Part shown: piece by piece, positions 20,119-37,270 of the stretch
Numbering within the stretch: position 1 is the first letter of the stretch
How the letters are laid out: every line of letters starts with the position of its first letter
From: the human T2T-CHM13v2.0 reference genome, Homo sapiens
Assembly (NCBI RefSeq): GCF_009914755.1
Contig: NC_060941.1
Strand: one strand, 5' to 3'
DNA length: 64,000 nucleotides
Translations under genes and position numbers: made by a program
The notes under the pieces: model-generated
Told to the model about the DNA's origin: nothing
The model's input: the letters and a program-made list of their open reading frames with translations, nothing else
Database searches by the model: none

Positions 20119-21886
20119 AAACAAGATTCCAGGGTGCAGCCATGAACTCACATCACACCTTCCTGGATTTACAGTGAACAAGATTCCAGGGTGCAGCCAT
20201 GAATTCACCAAACACCTTCCTGGATTTACAGTGAACAAGATTCCAGGGCGCAGCCATGAATTCAGATCACATCTCCCTGGATTTCCAGTGAAATAGATTC
20301 CAGGGTGCAGCTATGAACTCACATCACACCTTCCTGGATTTACAGCGAACAAGATTCCAGGGTGCAGCCATGAATTCACCAAACACCTTCCTGGATTTAC
20401 AGTGAACAAGATTCCAGGGTGCAGCCATGAACTCACATCACACCTTCCTGGATTTACAGTGAACAAGATTCCAGGGTGCAGCCATGAACTCACATCACAC
20501 CTTCCTGGATTTACAGTGAACAAGATTCCAGGGTGCAGCCATGAACTCACATCACACCTTCCTGGATTTACAGTGAACAAGATTCCAGGGTGCAGCCATG
20601 AATTCACCAAACACCTCCCTGGATTTCCAGCGAACAAGATTCCAGGGTGCAGCCATGAACTCACATCACACCTTCCTGGATTTACAGTGAACAAGATTCC
20701 AGGGTGCAGCCATGAACTCACATCACACCTTCCTGGATTTACAGTGAACAAGATTCCAGGGTGCAGCCATGAATTCACCAAACACCTTCCTGGATTTACA
20801 GTGAACAAGATTCCAGGGTGCAGCCATGAATTCACCAAACACCTTCCTGGATTTACAGCGAACAAGATTCCAGGGCGCAGCCATGAATTCACCACACACC
20901 TCCCTGGATTTACAGTGAACAAGATTCCAGGGTGCAGCCATGAATTCACCAAACACCTCCCTGGATTTACAGCGAACAAGATTCCAGGGCGCAGCCATGA
21001 ACTCACATCACACCTTCCTGGATTTACAGTGAACAAGATTCCAGGGTGCAGCCATGAATTCACCAAACACCTCCCTGGATTTACAGTGAACAAGATTCCA
21101 GGGTGCAGCCATGAACTCACATCACACCTTCCTGGATTTACAGCGAACAAGATTCCAGGGTGCAGCCATGAACTCACATCACACCTTCCTGGATTTACAG
21201 TGAACAAGATTCCAGGGTGCAGCCATGAATTCACCAAACACCTTCCTGGATTTACAGTGAACAAGATTCCAGGGTGCAGCCATGAATTCACCAAACACCT
21301 TCCTGGATTTACAGCGAACAAGATTCCAGGGCGCAGCCATGAATTCACCACACACCTCCCTGGATTTACAGTGAACAAGATTCCAGGGTGCAGCCATGAA
21401 CTCACATCACACCTTCCTGGATTTACAGTGAACAAGATTCCAGGGTGCAGCCATGAATTCACCAAACACCTCCCTGGATTTACAGCGAACAAGATTCCAG
21501 GGCGCAGCCATGAACTCACATCACACCTTCCTGGATTTACAGTGAACAAGATTCCAGGGTGCAGCCATGAATTCACCAAACACCTTCCTGGATTTCCAGT
21601 GAACAAGATTCCAGGGTGCAGCCATGAACTCACATCACACCTTCCTGGATTTACAGCGAACAAGATTCCAGGGCGCAGCCATGAACTCACCAAACACCTT
21701 CCTGGATTTACAGTGAACAAGATTCCAGGGTGCAGCCATGAATTCACCAAACACCTCCCTGGATTTACAGTGAACAAGATTCCAGGGTGCAGCCATGAAC
21801 TCACATCACACCTTCCTGGATTTACAGTGAAATAGATTCCAGGGTGCAGCCATGAATTCACCAAACACCTCCCTGGATTTACAGTG
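20119..21886. repeat. 57-bp VNTR, about 31 copies
   Basis: Unit GAACAAGATTCCAGGGTGCAGCCATGAACTCACATCACACCTTCCTGGATTTACAGT with a few recurrent variant types. Confidence 0.97.
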
Positions 21887-22353
21887 GGGTGGCCCGGCAC
21901 TAGACCCTCCTCCCTTCCCTGCACCAACATACTTCATCGTTTTAAAATAACCGTCGGTTTCTTAAGGTAAATATTAATGTTAGCCCCTGCGCAGGCATCA
22001 TCATTCTCTCTCTCGACTAAAATGTTTGTGAACTTTAAATCTGTCAACTGAGGTGCTTGTCCTGCATGAAGTTACCCAGCGAACCACCGACTCCCAGCTC
22101 TGTATGAACTACCCAGGTTCGAGGACCTCCAGAGAAAGGTCACCAACAGGGAAAGGAGGCTCCACGGAGGTCGACTGGCCAGAGGGTTCTAAGGTCACAG
22201 AGGGAAGGCCCAGAGAGGCCCCGAGTGATGACCTCAAGCACGTCTGTTCCCCACGTGCCGTAACTTTCTAAGTTACTCTGCCCAGCCTTGAGATCCCAAA
22301 AAAAAGTAACATCTGGTCATTAAATCATATCTTTCTTCAAAAGAATATTACCG

Positions 22354-22677
<324 letters not shown>

Positions 22678-22729
22678 TTATGTATATTCTACCACAATTC
22701 TTAAAATAATGTTTTTTAAAAGTTGTTTA

Positions 22730-23316
<587 letters not shown>

Positions 23317-23782
23317 TCAGCTGAGCAGATGGCAAAGGGGCAAATGTAAGGTAGATTCTGTTTGTTTATTTGTGGCAAATAGCTCTGAAGGACCAGCCCT
23401 TTTTTCCTCTCATCTCTGGCAAATCATTCAGTTCTGAAAAAGTTCCTTGGCCAGCAAGCCAGCCGGTAGGAGGAGGGCGGAGAAAACCAGAAAGGGGAAG
23501 AAACTCCTTCCTCATCTCCACCTCAAAAACACCAAGCTTTGTTTTGGGATTCCAGTGAGTTTGTATCCCTCACTCTTGGAAATTAAACCGGTAGAAAAAT
23601 CCAGAAAAACTTGGGCAGAGGTCAAAAATTGTTAAATCGTGGCCAACGGGGTCAGTGTTTTCTTTCAAGCAGGGGCCACACTGAGGGAAGATTTAAAAAC
23701 CAACAATAACAAACCGTGGAACACCTACGAACTGTGAAACACACCGAGAGGAGAAAACTGGGTACATAATGGATTTTTCTAA

Positions 23783-24495
<713 letters not shown>

Positions 24496-24704
24496 TCACA
24501 AAGTCGGTGGATATTAAATGTATGATTGTTTTCATATCTTTAGCCCCAAAATAATAAATGTTCAGTGGAGATGTCCAAAGCCAGGCCCAATGCCTGGGGA
24601 GCTTCCACTGCTTATCTCTCTCCTGAATCCAGAGTATTCTGCCCTTCACAGAAGTGCTGATCGTTCAGAGATAACCCACCAATCAGGTGTGCCTTTAGGG
24701 TTAG

Positions 24705-24741
24705 GCCAGCAAACCACAGGCTGCCAGCAAACCACAGGCTG
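24705..24741. repeat. 18-bp perfect tandem duplication
   Basis: GCCAGCAAACCACAGGCT x2. Confidence 0.85.
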
Positions 24742-24899
24742 GAAACTGGGAATGTCCTTGGGGTCCTGGGGCCTTGGCTGTTCTCACCCTTTCGGCCACA
24801 AAAAGGCTCTTTCTTGGCTGCCAGAGACCCTCCCTGGGGTAGAGAGGGAGAAGGAGAGGGAAAGGGAGAGAGAGAAAGTGAGTTGGGGGAGCTGGGTAA

Positions 24900-25247
<348 letters not shown>

Positions 25248-25499
25248 AAAGGCTGTCTCTTCTAATTACTGAGGTTTTAGAACCATTTTCCTCAACTCTC
25301 CCTCTTGCAAGAGTCCGTAGTGGGTGTGCTCAAGACCTGAGCTTGAGTTATCATGCCCACTAACGCCCTGGCTGAGAAGTTCCCACCAAAAGACAGCGGT
25401 GACATTTGCTTCCCAAAAGTCCCAAAACCACGCTCCCCGTTAGCCTCGGCGCCTCACAGGGAAAAAGAATCGGCTCTGGAGGGACGACCCCCCGCAGCG

Positions 25500-25680
25500 G
25501 GCGACTGTACCGCTGACGGGCTCGGCCAGCACATCTCCGCATCGCTGGGCCTCAGTGTCCTCACCTGGAAAATGGGGGTGATCACGCCAACGTCATAGAG
25601 TCCTTGGGAGAATGAAATGAGGCAATGCCTAGAAGGTGTCTCCACTGCAGTCCCTGGCACGGGGAGGTTGCAGCCTTCTG
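25500..25680 (+). mobile_element. MIR
   Basis: GGGCCTCAGTGTCCTCACCTGGAAAATGGGGGTGAT core. Confidence 0.55.
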
Positions 25681-26230
25681 TGGCAGCCTTGGCTGGTTAT
25701 CACGCAGTTCACAGCTTCAGGGCCAGAGCACAGATCCTGGTTCAGCCACGTATCAGCAGCACAACCGGGAAAGCCAGTCGGCCCCACGGTGCGTCCTCCA
25801 GGGGCCGCATGAGGAGAGACGATACACGCCAGCACTCAGGGCCCAGCACGGGCCCCCCACTCAGTGAAAAGCATCCTCTCACTCTTAGGCTTGTCATGAT
25901 CATGCACCGGCAGCGTCCCCCTCGGTTACGAACCCCATTCTAGATGACAAAGCACTAGTAACCCACGTACAGTAGTGGCTGAAAAACCGTCACAGGAATC
26001 ATCCTCAGGGCCTTCGAGGTCACAAGCGTGACGGGGACGCGCAGGTGCTGATGTGAGATGGACTCTGTATGTGAATGAGGCTCAAAGACTCACTTTCCTA
26101 AATATTATGGGCAGACATAATGGGGCTACACAGGCATTGAGCTGATTTTACACAGTTATGGACAATGGGCCCTCTGTACCCACAGGTTCTACATCCACGG
26201 ATTCGACTAACCCCAAATCAAAAATATTCA

Positions 26231-26912
<682 letters not shown>

Positions 26913-27010
26913 CTATTTACATAGCAATGTATTAGATGTATTAGGTATTACTCATAATACATTGTATTAGGAATTATAAGTAATCTAGAGGTAATTTACA
27001 GTACACAGGA

Positions 27011-27160
27011 TTACCCCATTTACCCTGGTGTGATGATCACACGTTGTATGCCTGTATCAAAATATCTCACGTCCACCATAAATATGTACACCATAAAAAT
27101 TAAACAATAAAGAAAGAAAACAAAGGAAACAAAACAGAAAAAAAAGAAGAAAATAATAAA
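27011..27160 (+). mobile_element. L1MA-type 3' end with A-rich tail, nested in Tigger3
   Basis: TACCCCATTTACCCTGGTGTGATG...GCCTGTATCAAAATATCTCA...ATAAATATG followed by an A-rich tail. Confidence 0.7.
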
Positions 27161-27579
27161 GTAAATTGGAGATGTACACGGGTTATATGTAAATGGTATT
27201 TTATATCAGCAACTTTGGCATCACGGGATCTGGGTACTGAGGGGTAGGAGCGGCCCTGGGACCACCTGCCCACAGGCACCGAGGGACGGCTGTGGAACTG
27301 TACAGGGCCCGGCCCTGCGCTGGGGACCTAGCGGTGAACAAGCAGCCTGGGAAAGGAATGTTTAAAAGCTCCCGGGCGACTGAAGATCAGCCAGGGGTGA
27401 AAACCATCACTCGGTGCTTCGCGGAACAAACGCTTGAGGCAAAACCTAAGACAGCTGGGTCCCAACGCGGGGCCTCACCCCGGCCCGTCCCGCCCCAGCG
27501 CTCGGAGGCTGAGAGCAGCATTCTCAGATGGTACTAAATCCACATCCCGGGACACGAGGAAACAGCAGGGCCAGGGCAC

Positions 27580-30464
27580 GGCCTCCTCCTCTCCCCGCGG
27601 CCTCCTCCTCTCCCCCCGGCCTCCTCCTCTCCCCCCGGCCTCCTCCTCTCCCCCCTGCCTCCTCCTCTCCCCCCGGCCTCCTCCTCTCCCCCCTGCCTCC
27701 TCCTCTCCCCCCTGCCTCCTCCTCTCCCCCTGCCTCCTCCTCTCCCCCCTGCCTCCTCCTCTCCCCGCGGCCTCCTCCTCTCCCCCCTGCCTCCTCCTCT
27801 CCCCCCTGCCTCCTCCTCTCCCCGCGGCCTCCTCCTCTCCCCCCGGCCTCCTCCTCTCCCCCCTGCCTCCTCCTCTCCCCCCTGCCTCCTCCTCTCCCCG
27901 CGGCCTCCTCCTCTCCCCCCTGCCTCCTCCTCTCCCCCCTGCCTCCTCCTCTCCCCGCGGCCTCCTACTCTCCCCCCTGCCTCCTCCTCTCCCCCCTGCC
28001 TCCTCCTCTCCCCCCTGCCTCCTCCTCTCCCCGCGGCCTCCTCCTCTCCCCCCTGCCTCCTCCTCTCCCCGCGGCCTCCTCCTCTCCCCCCGGCCTCCTC
28101 CTCTCCCCCCTGCCTCCTCCTCTCCCCGCGGCCTCCTCCTCTCCCCCCTGCCTCCTCCTCTCCCCCCGGCCTCCTCCTCTCCCCCCTGCCTCCTCCTCTC
28201 CCCGCGGCCTCCTCCTCTCCCCCCTGCCTCCTCCTCTCCCCCCTGCCTCCTCCTCTCCCCGCGGCCTCCTACTCTCCCCCCTGCCTCCTCCTCTCCCCCC
28301 TGCCTCCTCCTCTCCCCCCTGCCTCCTCCTCTCCCCCCTGCCTCCTCCTCTCCCCGCGGCCTCCTCCTCTCCCCCCTGCCTCCTCCTCTCCCCCCTGCCT
28401 CCTCCTCTCCCCCCTGCCTCCTCCTCTCCCCCCTGCCTCCTCCTCTCCCCGTGGCCTCCTCCTCTCCCCCTGCCTCCTCCTCTCCCCCCTGCCTCCTCCT
28501 CTCCCCCCTGCCTCCTCCTCTCCCCCTGCCTCCTCCTCTCCCCGCGGCCTCCTCCTCTCCCCCCGGCCTCCTCCTCTCCCCCCTGCCTCCTCCTCTCCCC
28601 GCGGCCTCCTACTCTCCCCCCTGCCTCCTCCTCTCCCCCCTGCCTCCTCCTCTCCCCCCTGCCTCCTCCTCTCCCCCCTGCCTCCTCCTCTCCCCGCGGC
28701 CTCCTCCTCTCCCCCCTGCCTCCTCCTCTCCCCCCTGCCTCCTCCTCTCCCCCCTGCCTCCTCCTCTCCCCCCTGCCTCCTCCTCTCCCCCCTGCCTCCT
28801 CCTCTCCCCCCTGCCTCCTCCTCTCCCCGCGGCCTCCTACTCTCCCCCCTGCCTCCTCCTCTCCCCCCTGCCTCCTCCTCTCCCCGCGGCCTCCTACTCT
28901 CCCCCCTGCCTCCTACTCTCCCCCCTGCCTCCTCCTCTCCCCCTGCCTCCTCCTCTCCCCCCTGCCTCCTCCTCTCCCCGCGGCCTCCTCCTCTCCCCCC
29001 TGCCTCCTCCTCTCCCCCCTGCCTCCTCCTCTCCCCCCTGCCTCCTCCTCTCCCCCCTGCCTCCTCCTCTCCCCCCTGCCTCCTCCTCTCCCCGCGGCCT
29101 CCTCCTCTCCCCCCTGCCTCCTCCTCTCCCCGCGGCCTCCTACTCTCCCCCCTGCCTCCTCCTCTCCCCCCTGCCTCCTCCTCTCCCCCCTGCCTCCTCC
29201 TCTCCCCGCGGCCTCCTCCTCTCCCCCCTGCCTCCTCCTCTCCCCGCGGCCTCCTACTCTCCCCCCTGCCTCCTCCTCTCCCCCCTGCCTCCTCCTCTCC
29301 CCCCTGCCTCCTCCTCTCCCCCCTGCCTCCTCCTCTCCCCGCGGCCTCCTACTCTCCCCCCTGCCTCCTCCTCTCCCCCCTGCCTCCTCCTCTCCCCGCG
29401 GCCTCCTCCTCTCCCCCCTGCCTCCTCCTCTCCCCCCTGCCTCCTCCTCTCCCCCCTGCCTCCTCCTCTCCCCCCTGCCTCCTCCTCTCCCCGCGGCCTC
29501 CTCCTCTCCCCCTGCCTCCTCCTCTCCCCGTGGCCTCCTCCTCTCCCCCTGCCTCCTCCTCTCCCCCCTGCCTCCTCCTCTCCCCGCGGCCTCCTACTCT
29601 CCCCCCTGCCTCCTCCTCTCCCCCCTGCCTCCTCCTCTCCCCGCGGCCTCCTCCTCTCCCCCCTGCCTCCTCCTCTCCCCCCTGCCTCCTCCTCTCCCCC
29701 CTGCCTCCTCCTCTCCCCCCTGCCTCCTCCTCTCCCCGCGGCCTCCTCCTCTCCCCCTGCCTCCTCCTCTCCCCGTGGCCTCCTCCTCTCCCCCTGCCTC
29801 CTCCTCTCCCCCCTGCCTCCTCCTCTCCCCGTGGCCTCCTCCTCTCCCCCTGCCTCCTCCTCTCCCCCCTGCCTCCTCCTCTCCCCGCGGCCTCCTCCTC
29901 TCCCCCCTGCCTCCTCCTCTCCCCGCGGCCTCCTCCTCTCCCCCCTGCCTCCTCCTCTCCCCCCTGCCTCCTCCTCTCCCCGCGGCCTCCTCCTCTCCCC
30001 CCTGCCTCCTCCTCTCCCCGCGGCCTCCTCCTCTCCCCCCTGCCTCCTCCTCTCCCCCCGGCCTCCTCCTCTCCCCCCTGCCTCCTCCTCTCCCCCCTGC
30101 CTCCTCCTCTCCCCCTGCCTCCTCCTCTCCCCGCGGCCTCCTCCTCTCCCCCCTGCCTCCTCCTCTCCCCCTGCCTCCTCCTCTCCCCGCGGCCTCCTCC
30201 TCTCCCCCCTGCCTCCTCCTCTCCCCCCTGCCTCCTCCTCTCCCCGCGGCCTCCTCCTCTCCCCCCTGCCTCCTCCTCTCCCCCCTGCCTCCTCCTCTCC
30301 CCGCGGCCTCCTCCTCTCCCCCCTGCCTCCTCCTCTCCCCGCTGCCTCCTCCTCTCCCCGCGGCCTCCTCCTCTCCCCCCGGCCTCCTCCTCTCCCGTGG
30401 CCTCCTCCTCTCCCCCCTGCCTCCTCCTCTCCCTGCTGCCTCCTCCTCTCCCCGCGGGCCTCCT
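27580..30464. repeat. 19-bp C/T-rich VNTR, about 150 copies (2.9 kb)
   Basis: Unit GCCTCCTCCTCTCCCCCCT with ...CCCCGCG, ...CCCCCCG, ...CCCCGTG, TAC-containing and 18-bp variants. Confidence 0.97.
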
Positions 30465-31151
30465 CTGTTAGGACCCACCTCCCTGCCTCAGTCTGGAAAG
30501 GGGCAGCCACGTGAGGACCTCTGAGACCCTGGAGAGCCACTGGGCTCAGCCTGGAGCAGTGGGGGCTGGGGTGGGAAGACGCCATGCATTGTTCAGCCCC
30601 AGCATCTGCCTGGGCACCTTCTGGTAACAGTCATTTGGCCAGCAGCTTCTCGGGGGCTAACGGTCAATGCCAGAAGCAATTAGCCCCAGGTCCTGGTCCT
30701 CCTTGGAGCCAAAACAATTAGTAGGCTGAAGACAGCCTGATGCTTAAGAAATCACTTTTTTAAAAAGGAAAAAAAGATTGCTTAAAAGAAGCCCCTTAAC
30801 TCTGAAGGCAGTTCCATCCACCTTACAAATTCGGTGCCCTGTGAATACACATCCATGGGTCACAGCAGGGAATCTTTTTAACTAGCAAAAGAGCAGGAGA
30901 AGGAATTCAGATCAACATCACGGACTGCAGCAGTAAAGCTGGTGCCTGTTCGCCCCTTTCCCCTCCAGGCAGGAAAGAATCAAGGAAGAATTTCAGAATC
31001 TTTTTATACAAGAAAGGGATTCGGTGGGGGAAGGGAGTGGGTACAGAGATGAAGAACTTTAGGGTTTGCTATTTCAAGCTTAAAATAAATCCCAACGAGA
31101 AAGGATCCGAAGGCTTGGTTTTATTTTTAAGATCTTATCCAAGGCAGGGAA

Positions 31152-31381
31152 CTATATCTGGTTTTCAGGGGTGGGTGGGGTGCAAACGGCCGGGCCAGCA
31201 CAGTCATTTCATCCCCTGTCGATTCCCCAAAAGCAAAACCAAAGCTCAGCATGTGCTTCTAGAACTTTCTATATCTGGTGTTCAGGGGTGGGTGGGGTGC
31301 AAACGGCCAGGCCAGCACAGTCATTTCATCCCCCGTCCGTTCCCCAAAAGCAAAGCCAGAGCTCGGCATGTGCTTCTAGAA
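31152..31381. repeat. 117-bp tandem duplication (2 copies)
   Basis: CTATATCTGG...CATGTGCTTCTAGAA begins at 31152 and 31269. Confidence 0.9.
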
Positions 31382-31724
31382 TTTTACAATCTTGAATTAC
31401 GGCTTCAAAATAACTCACATTCCACTATAAGGAGGCTCAGAGGATGCCACCGAGTGGACGGACGTGAGCAGGACCACAGAGACAACCCAGTGGGACACGC
31501 AACACTGTTCCCAAGATGTTAGCAGGGGAAAGAGTCGGACGAAATGGCGAAGTGTTTGGCACAAAGAAGACCAACAAATGACACACCAAGCCAGTAAAGA
31601 CACCTCCGTAAGAAAGACACATTCCTCCCCAAATCTACTTTAGGAGCTACTGCTGTCAACTCTGACTTTCTGGAAGTCTAACTAGTACAAGGTCCAATCC
31701 TCAATCGCTTATGAAACAAAATCA

Positions 31725-32102
<378 letters not shown>

Positions 32103-32874
32103 CTAACACACCCCCAGGTGGAGGCCAGTGTTGCAACGATCGCACGAGGGACCAGAGGGTAATTCTGCAGCCTGATCTCTCTGTTGAGATGCTCACGCTC
32201 TCTTTTTGCAGACATGATGTGGTTAAAGCCAGGGTCTTTCTCAATCAATACATTTTAAAAATGCGAGCTGGGGGCGGGGGCGGGGGTTGGGGGCGGGAGG
32301 GTCTGTCAGCTGTGTGGAGACAAACCTCCTGATCCAGGCGCTCTCTGGCAGAGGCGGGCAAGCCCCACTTCCATGTATGGAAGTGAATGAAAGCAGTAAA
32401 ACCTCAGGCATGAGTCTGGGCAGGGCTGGGGGTGGGGGCCGGCATTCCTCCCAGCAGGGCCAGCCCCAGAGGGGCGGGCAGCAGGAACCTTCACCTGGGG
32501 TCCCGTGGGTATTTCCCTGGGAGAGCCACAGGGGCAGAGAGGACGGGAGGCAGGAAAGCAATGAGCTCGGCACACTCAGTAGACGGAGGGCACCCGGGAA
32601 GGGGAGCTCAGCCTCCCCGAGAATGCACCAGAGCCTGAGTCCTGGAAACCAGGGCCACGCAGCTCCCGCCTGCCCTGACCTCAGTCCCCTGGAATGCAGA
32701 ATTCTCCACGGTCAGCCATCCATCACCACCGTTCCCTCATGGCCAGCGCTGAAAGAAGGGGCGTTTCCGTTTTCGTGGGGGGCGGTGGTGGTTGTGGTTT
32801 TTGTGGTCTGAGAAACTCATGACAGTTACCCACCTCCTGCCAGGACAAGGCCACAGGGGGTTGCAGAAAATTCA

Positions 32875-33260
32875 GGTCACACTGTGGGGGGGCTGGGGTC
32901 AGAGAGACCAAGGTTGGAACCCGGCAGGTACCACGGACGGTCACACTGTGGGGGGGCTGGGGTCAGACAGACCAAGGTTGGAACCCGGCAGGTACCACGG
33001 ACGGTCACACTGTGGGGGGGGCTGGGGTCAGAGAGACCAAGGTTGGAACCCGGCAGGTACCACGGACGGTCACACTGTGGGGGGGCTGGAGTCAGACAGA
33101 CCAAGGTTGGAACCCGGCAGGTACCACGGACGGTCACACTGTGGGGGGGCTGGAGTCAGACAGACCAAGGTTGGAACCCGGCAGGTACCACGGACGGTCA
33201 CACTGTGGGGGGGGCTGGAGTCAGACAGACCAAGGTTGGAACCCGGCAGGTACCACGGAC
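32875..33260. repeat. 64/65-bp minisatellite, 6 copies
   Basis: Unit GGTCACACTGT(G)nCTGGRGTCAGASAGACCAAGGTTGGAACCCGGCAGGTACCACGGAC starts at 32875, 32939, 33003, 33068, 33132 and 33196. Confidence 0.95.
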
Positions 33261-33556
33261 GACAGGTTCCTGCTGCCCATCCCTCTGGGAGGAATGACGG
33301 CCAGCAGAGCCAGGACCCACTTCTCCGTCCTGGAAGACGCAATGAGATAATACATGAAAAGCAGTAACAAGGTGGTCCTAGAGGGGTCCTAGGCTACCCC
33401 GTGTTAAAGATGAGAGCCATGAAGACCACTTCAAGGTGGTCCCTGGAATCCAGTGAGGGGCTCAGTCCACAGAAGCCATGACTGATGATCATTATCATGG
33501 AACCCTCCAGCTCAGGGAATGTCTGAGTAGCTCCCTGAAGTCCAAACGGAAGACTA

Positions 33557-33917
<361 letters not shown>

Positions 33918-34077
33918 TTATAACTTCCTCGCGCCCAGCATAAACCTGTTAGGATTCTCCAGCCAGGCCCAACCTTATAAACCTATGTCAAGTTCAAACT
34001 ATACTCTCAACAGTTGTACTTATCACTCCACAGAGAATTCACACTCCCTTCTCTAAGGAGTCCAGAGTGAGACAGAG

Positions 34078-34310
34078 GCTCGTATCTGTCATCCCAGAAC
34101 TTGGATTGCTTGAGCCCAGGAGTTCAAGACCAGCCTGGGCAACATAGTGAGACCCCCATCTCTAACAAAAATTTAAAAATTATCTGGGCGTGGTGACACG
34201 CGCCTGTAGTCCCAGCTACTCAGGAGGCTGGGGTGGGAGGATTGCTTGAGCCCAGAGGTTGAGGCTGCAGTGGGCCATGACCGTGCCACTGCACCCCAGC
34301 CTGCGTGACG
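34078..34310 (+). mobile_element. AluJ (partial)
   Basis: J-type consensus. Confidence 0.8.
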
Positions 34311-34393
34311 GGTGCGGGAGGATGATGGTGCATGCACGTGGTCGTGTGGCTCCGTGCTGCGGCTCCTCTCTGTCTAGCAAAGTGCAACTCTCA

Positions 34394-34934
<541 letters not shown>

Positions 34935-35323
34935 TCAGGCATATTCGACCTCCCTGCTCAGGTTCCAGTGACTTCCTCAGAGCAACAGGGCTGATTCCCA
35001 CGACCCCAGGCCCCAGGGCCGAGTGCCAGGTGCTCAGGTCGCAGCTGTCCCTCAACACCACTCGGGAAGGGGGCTAACTGCCCGGACGGGCCCCAGGATC
35101 ACGAGCCTCCTCTCCTTCCCTGATGGCCCAACAGGAAAAAGTACTGTGGCTGCCAAGCCATCTGGATGGAATGGAATGGCTCTCTACCAGTTAGGGGCCG
35201 CATCGGCCTAGACTCCCAGATTGAAGCACCTGACCTTCTGTAAATTCCTTTCTTTACATTGCACATATTTCAGCGCTGGTATTCCCCCTCTTAAGAGCTC
35301 TGAGCTGTTGTCCAGTGAGGTAA

Positions 35324-35952
<629 letters not shown>

Positions 35953-35963
35953 TGACTGGCCCA

Positions 35964-36457
<494 letters not shown>

Positions 36458-36655
36458 TCATTCAGTGACTGCATTGTTCAATATTTTGAAATAAGGGCAT
36501 TTAATTATGATGACAGCACCAATAAACACTGAGACTCACCTTTCTGCTTGGAATTCCAAACCTCTTCCCACCGGAATCCCGCCAAGCCTTCAACTCTCCA
36601 TCCAAACCATTCATTCTTTCTTTCAATAAACACGGTGCCAAGTATTTACTAATAA

Positions 36656-37106
<451 letters not shown>

Positions 37107-37109
37107 AAG

Positions 37110-37270
37110 AGCTTTTTATATCAGTCATCGTCTTAAACCTCCACCGCAACCTGACAAGGTGGACGCTGCTATCGTTCCCACTTTACAGATGAGGAAGTGG
37201 GGTTAAAGTAACTTGCCCAAGATCTCAAAGCTGGAGAGCGGGAAAGATGGATCAGAACCAGGTCATCCAG
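37110..37270 (-). mobile_element. MIR
   Basis: CCCACTTTACAGATGAGGAAG...GTAACTTGCCCAAGATC. Confidence 0.6.

Noticed and set aside
20119-21886. CRISPR-like array
   Set aside because: Head-to-tail units with no unique spacers, in human DNA with no cas genes; it is a VNTR.
27580-30464. PRDM9 hotspot motif array
   Set aside because: Units do not fully match CCNCCNTNNCCNC in the registers I checked.
27434-30585. 1026-, 998-, 443-, 313- and 294-aa Pro/Ser/Leu or Gly/Arg/Glu ORFs
   Set aside because: They come from the 19-bp repeat, which has almost no A on the + strand, so stops are rare. The unit is not a multiple of 3.
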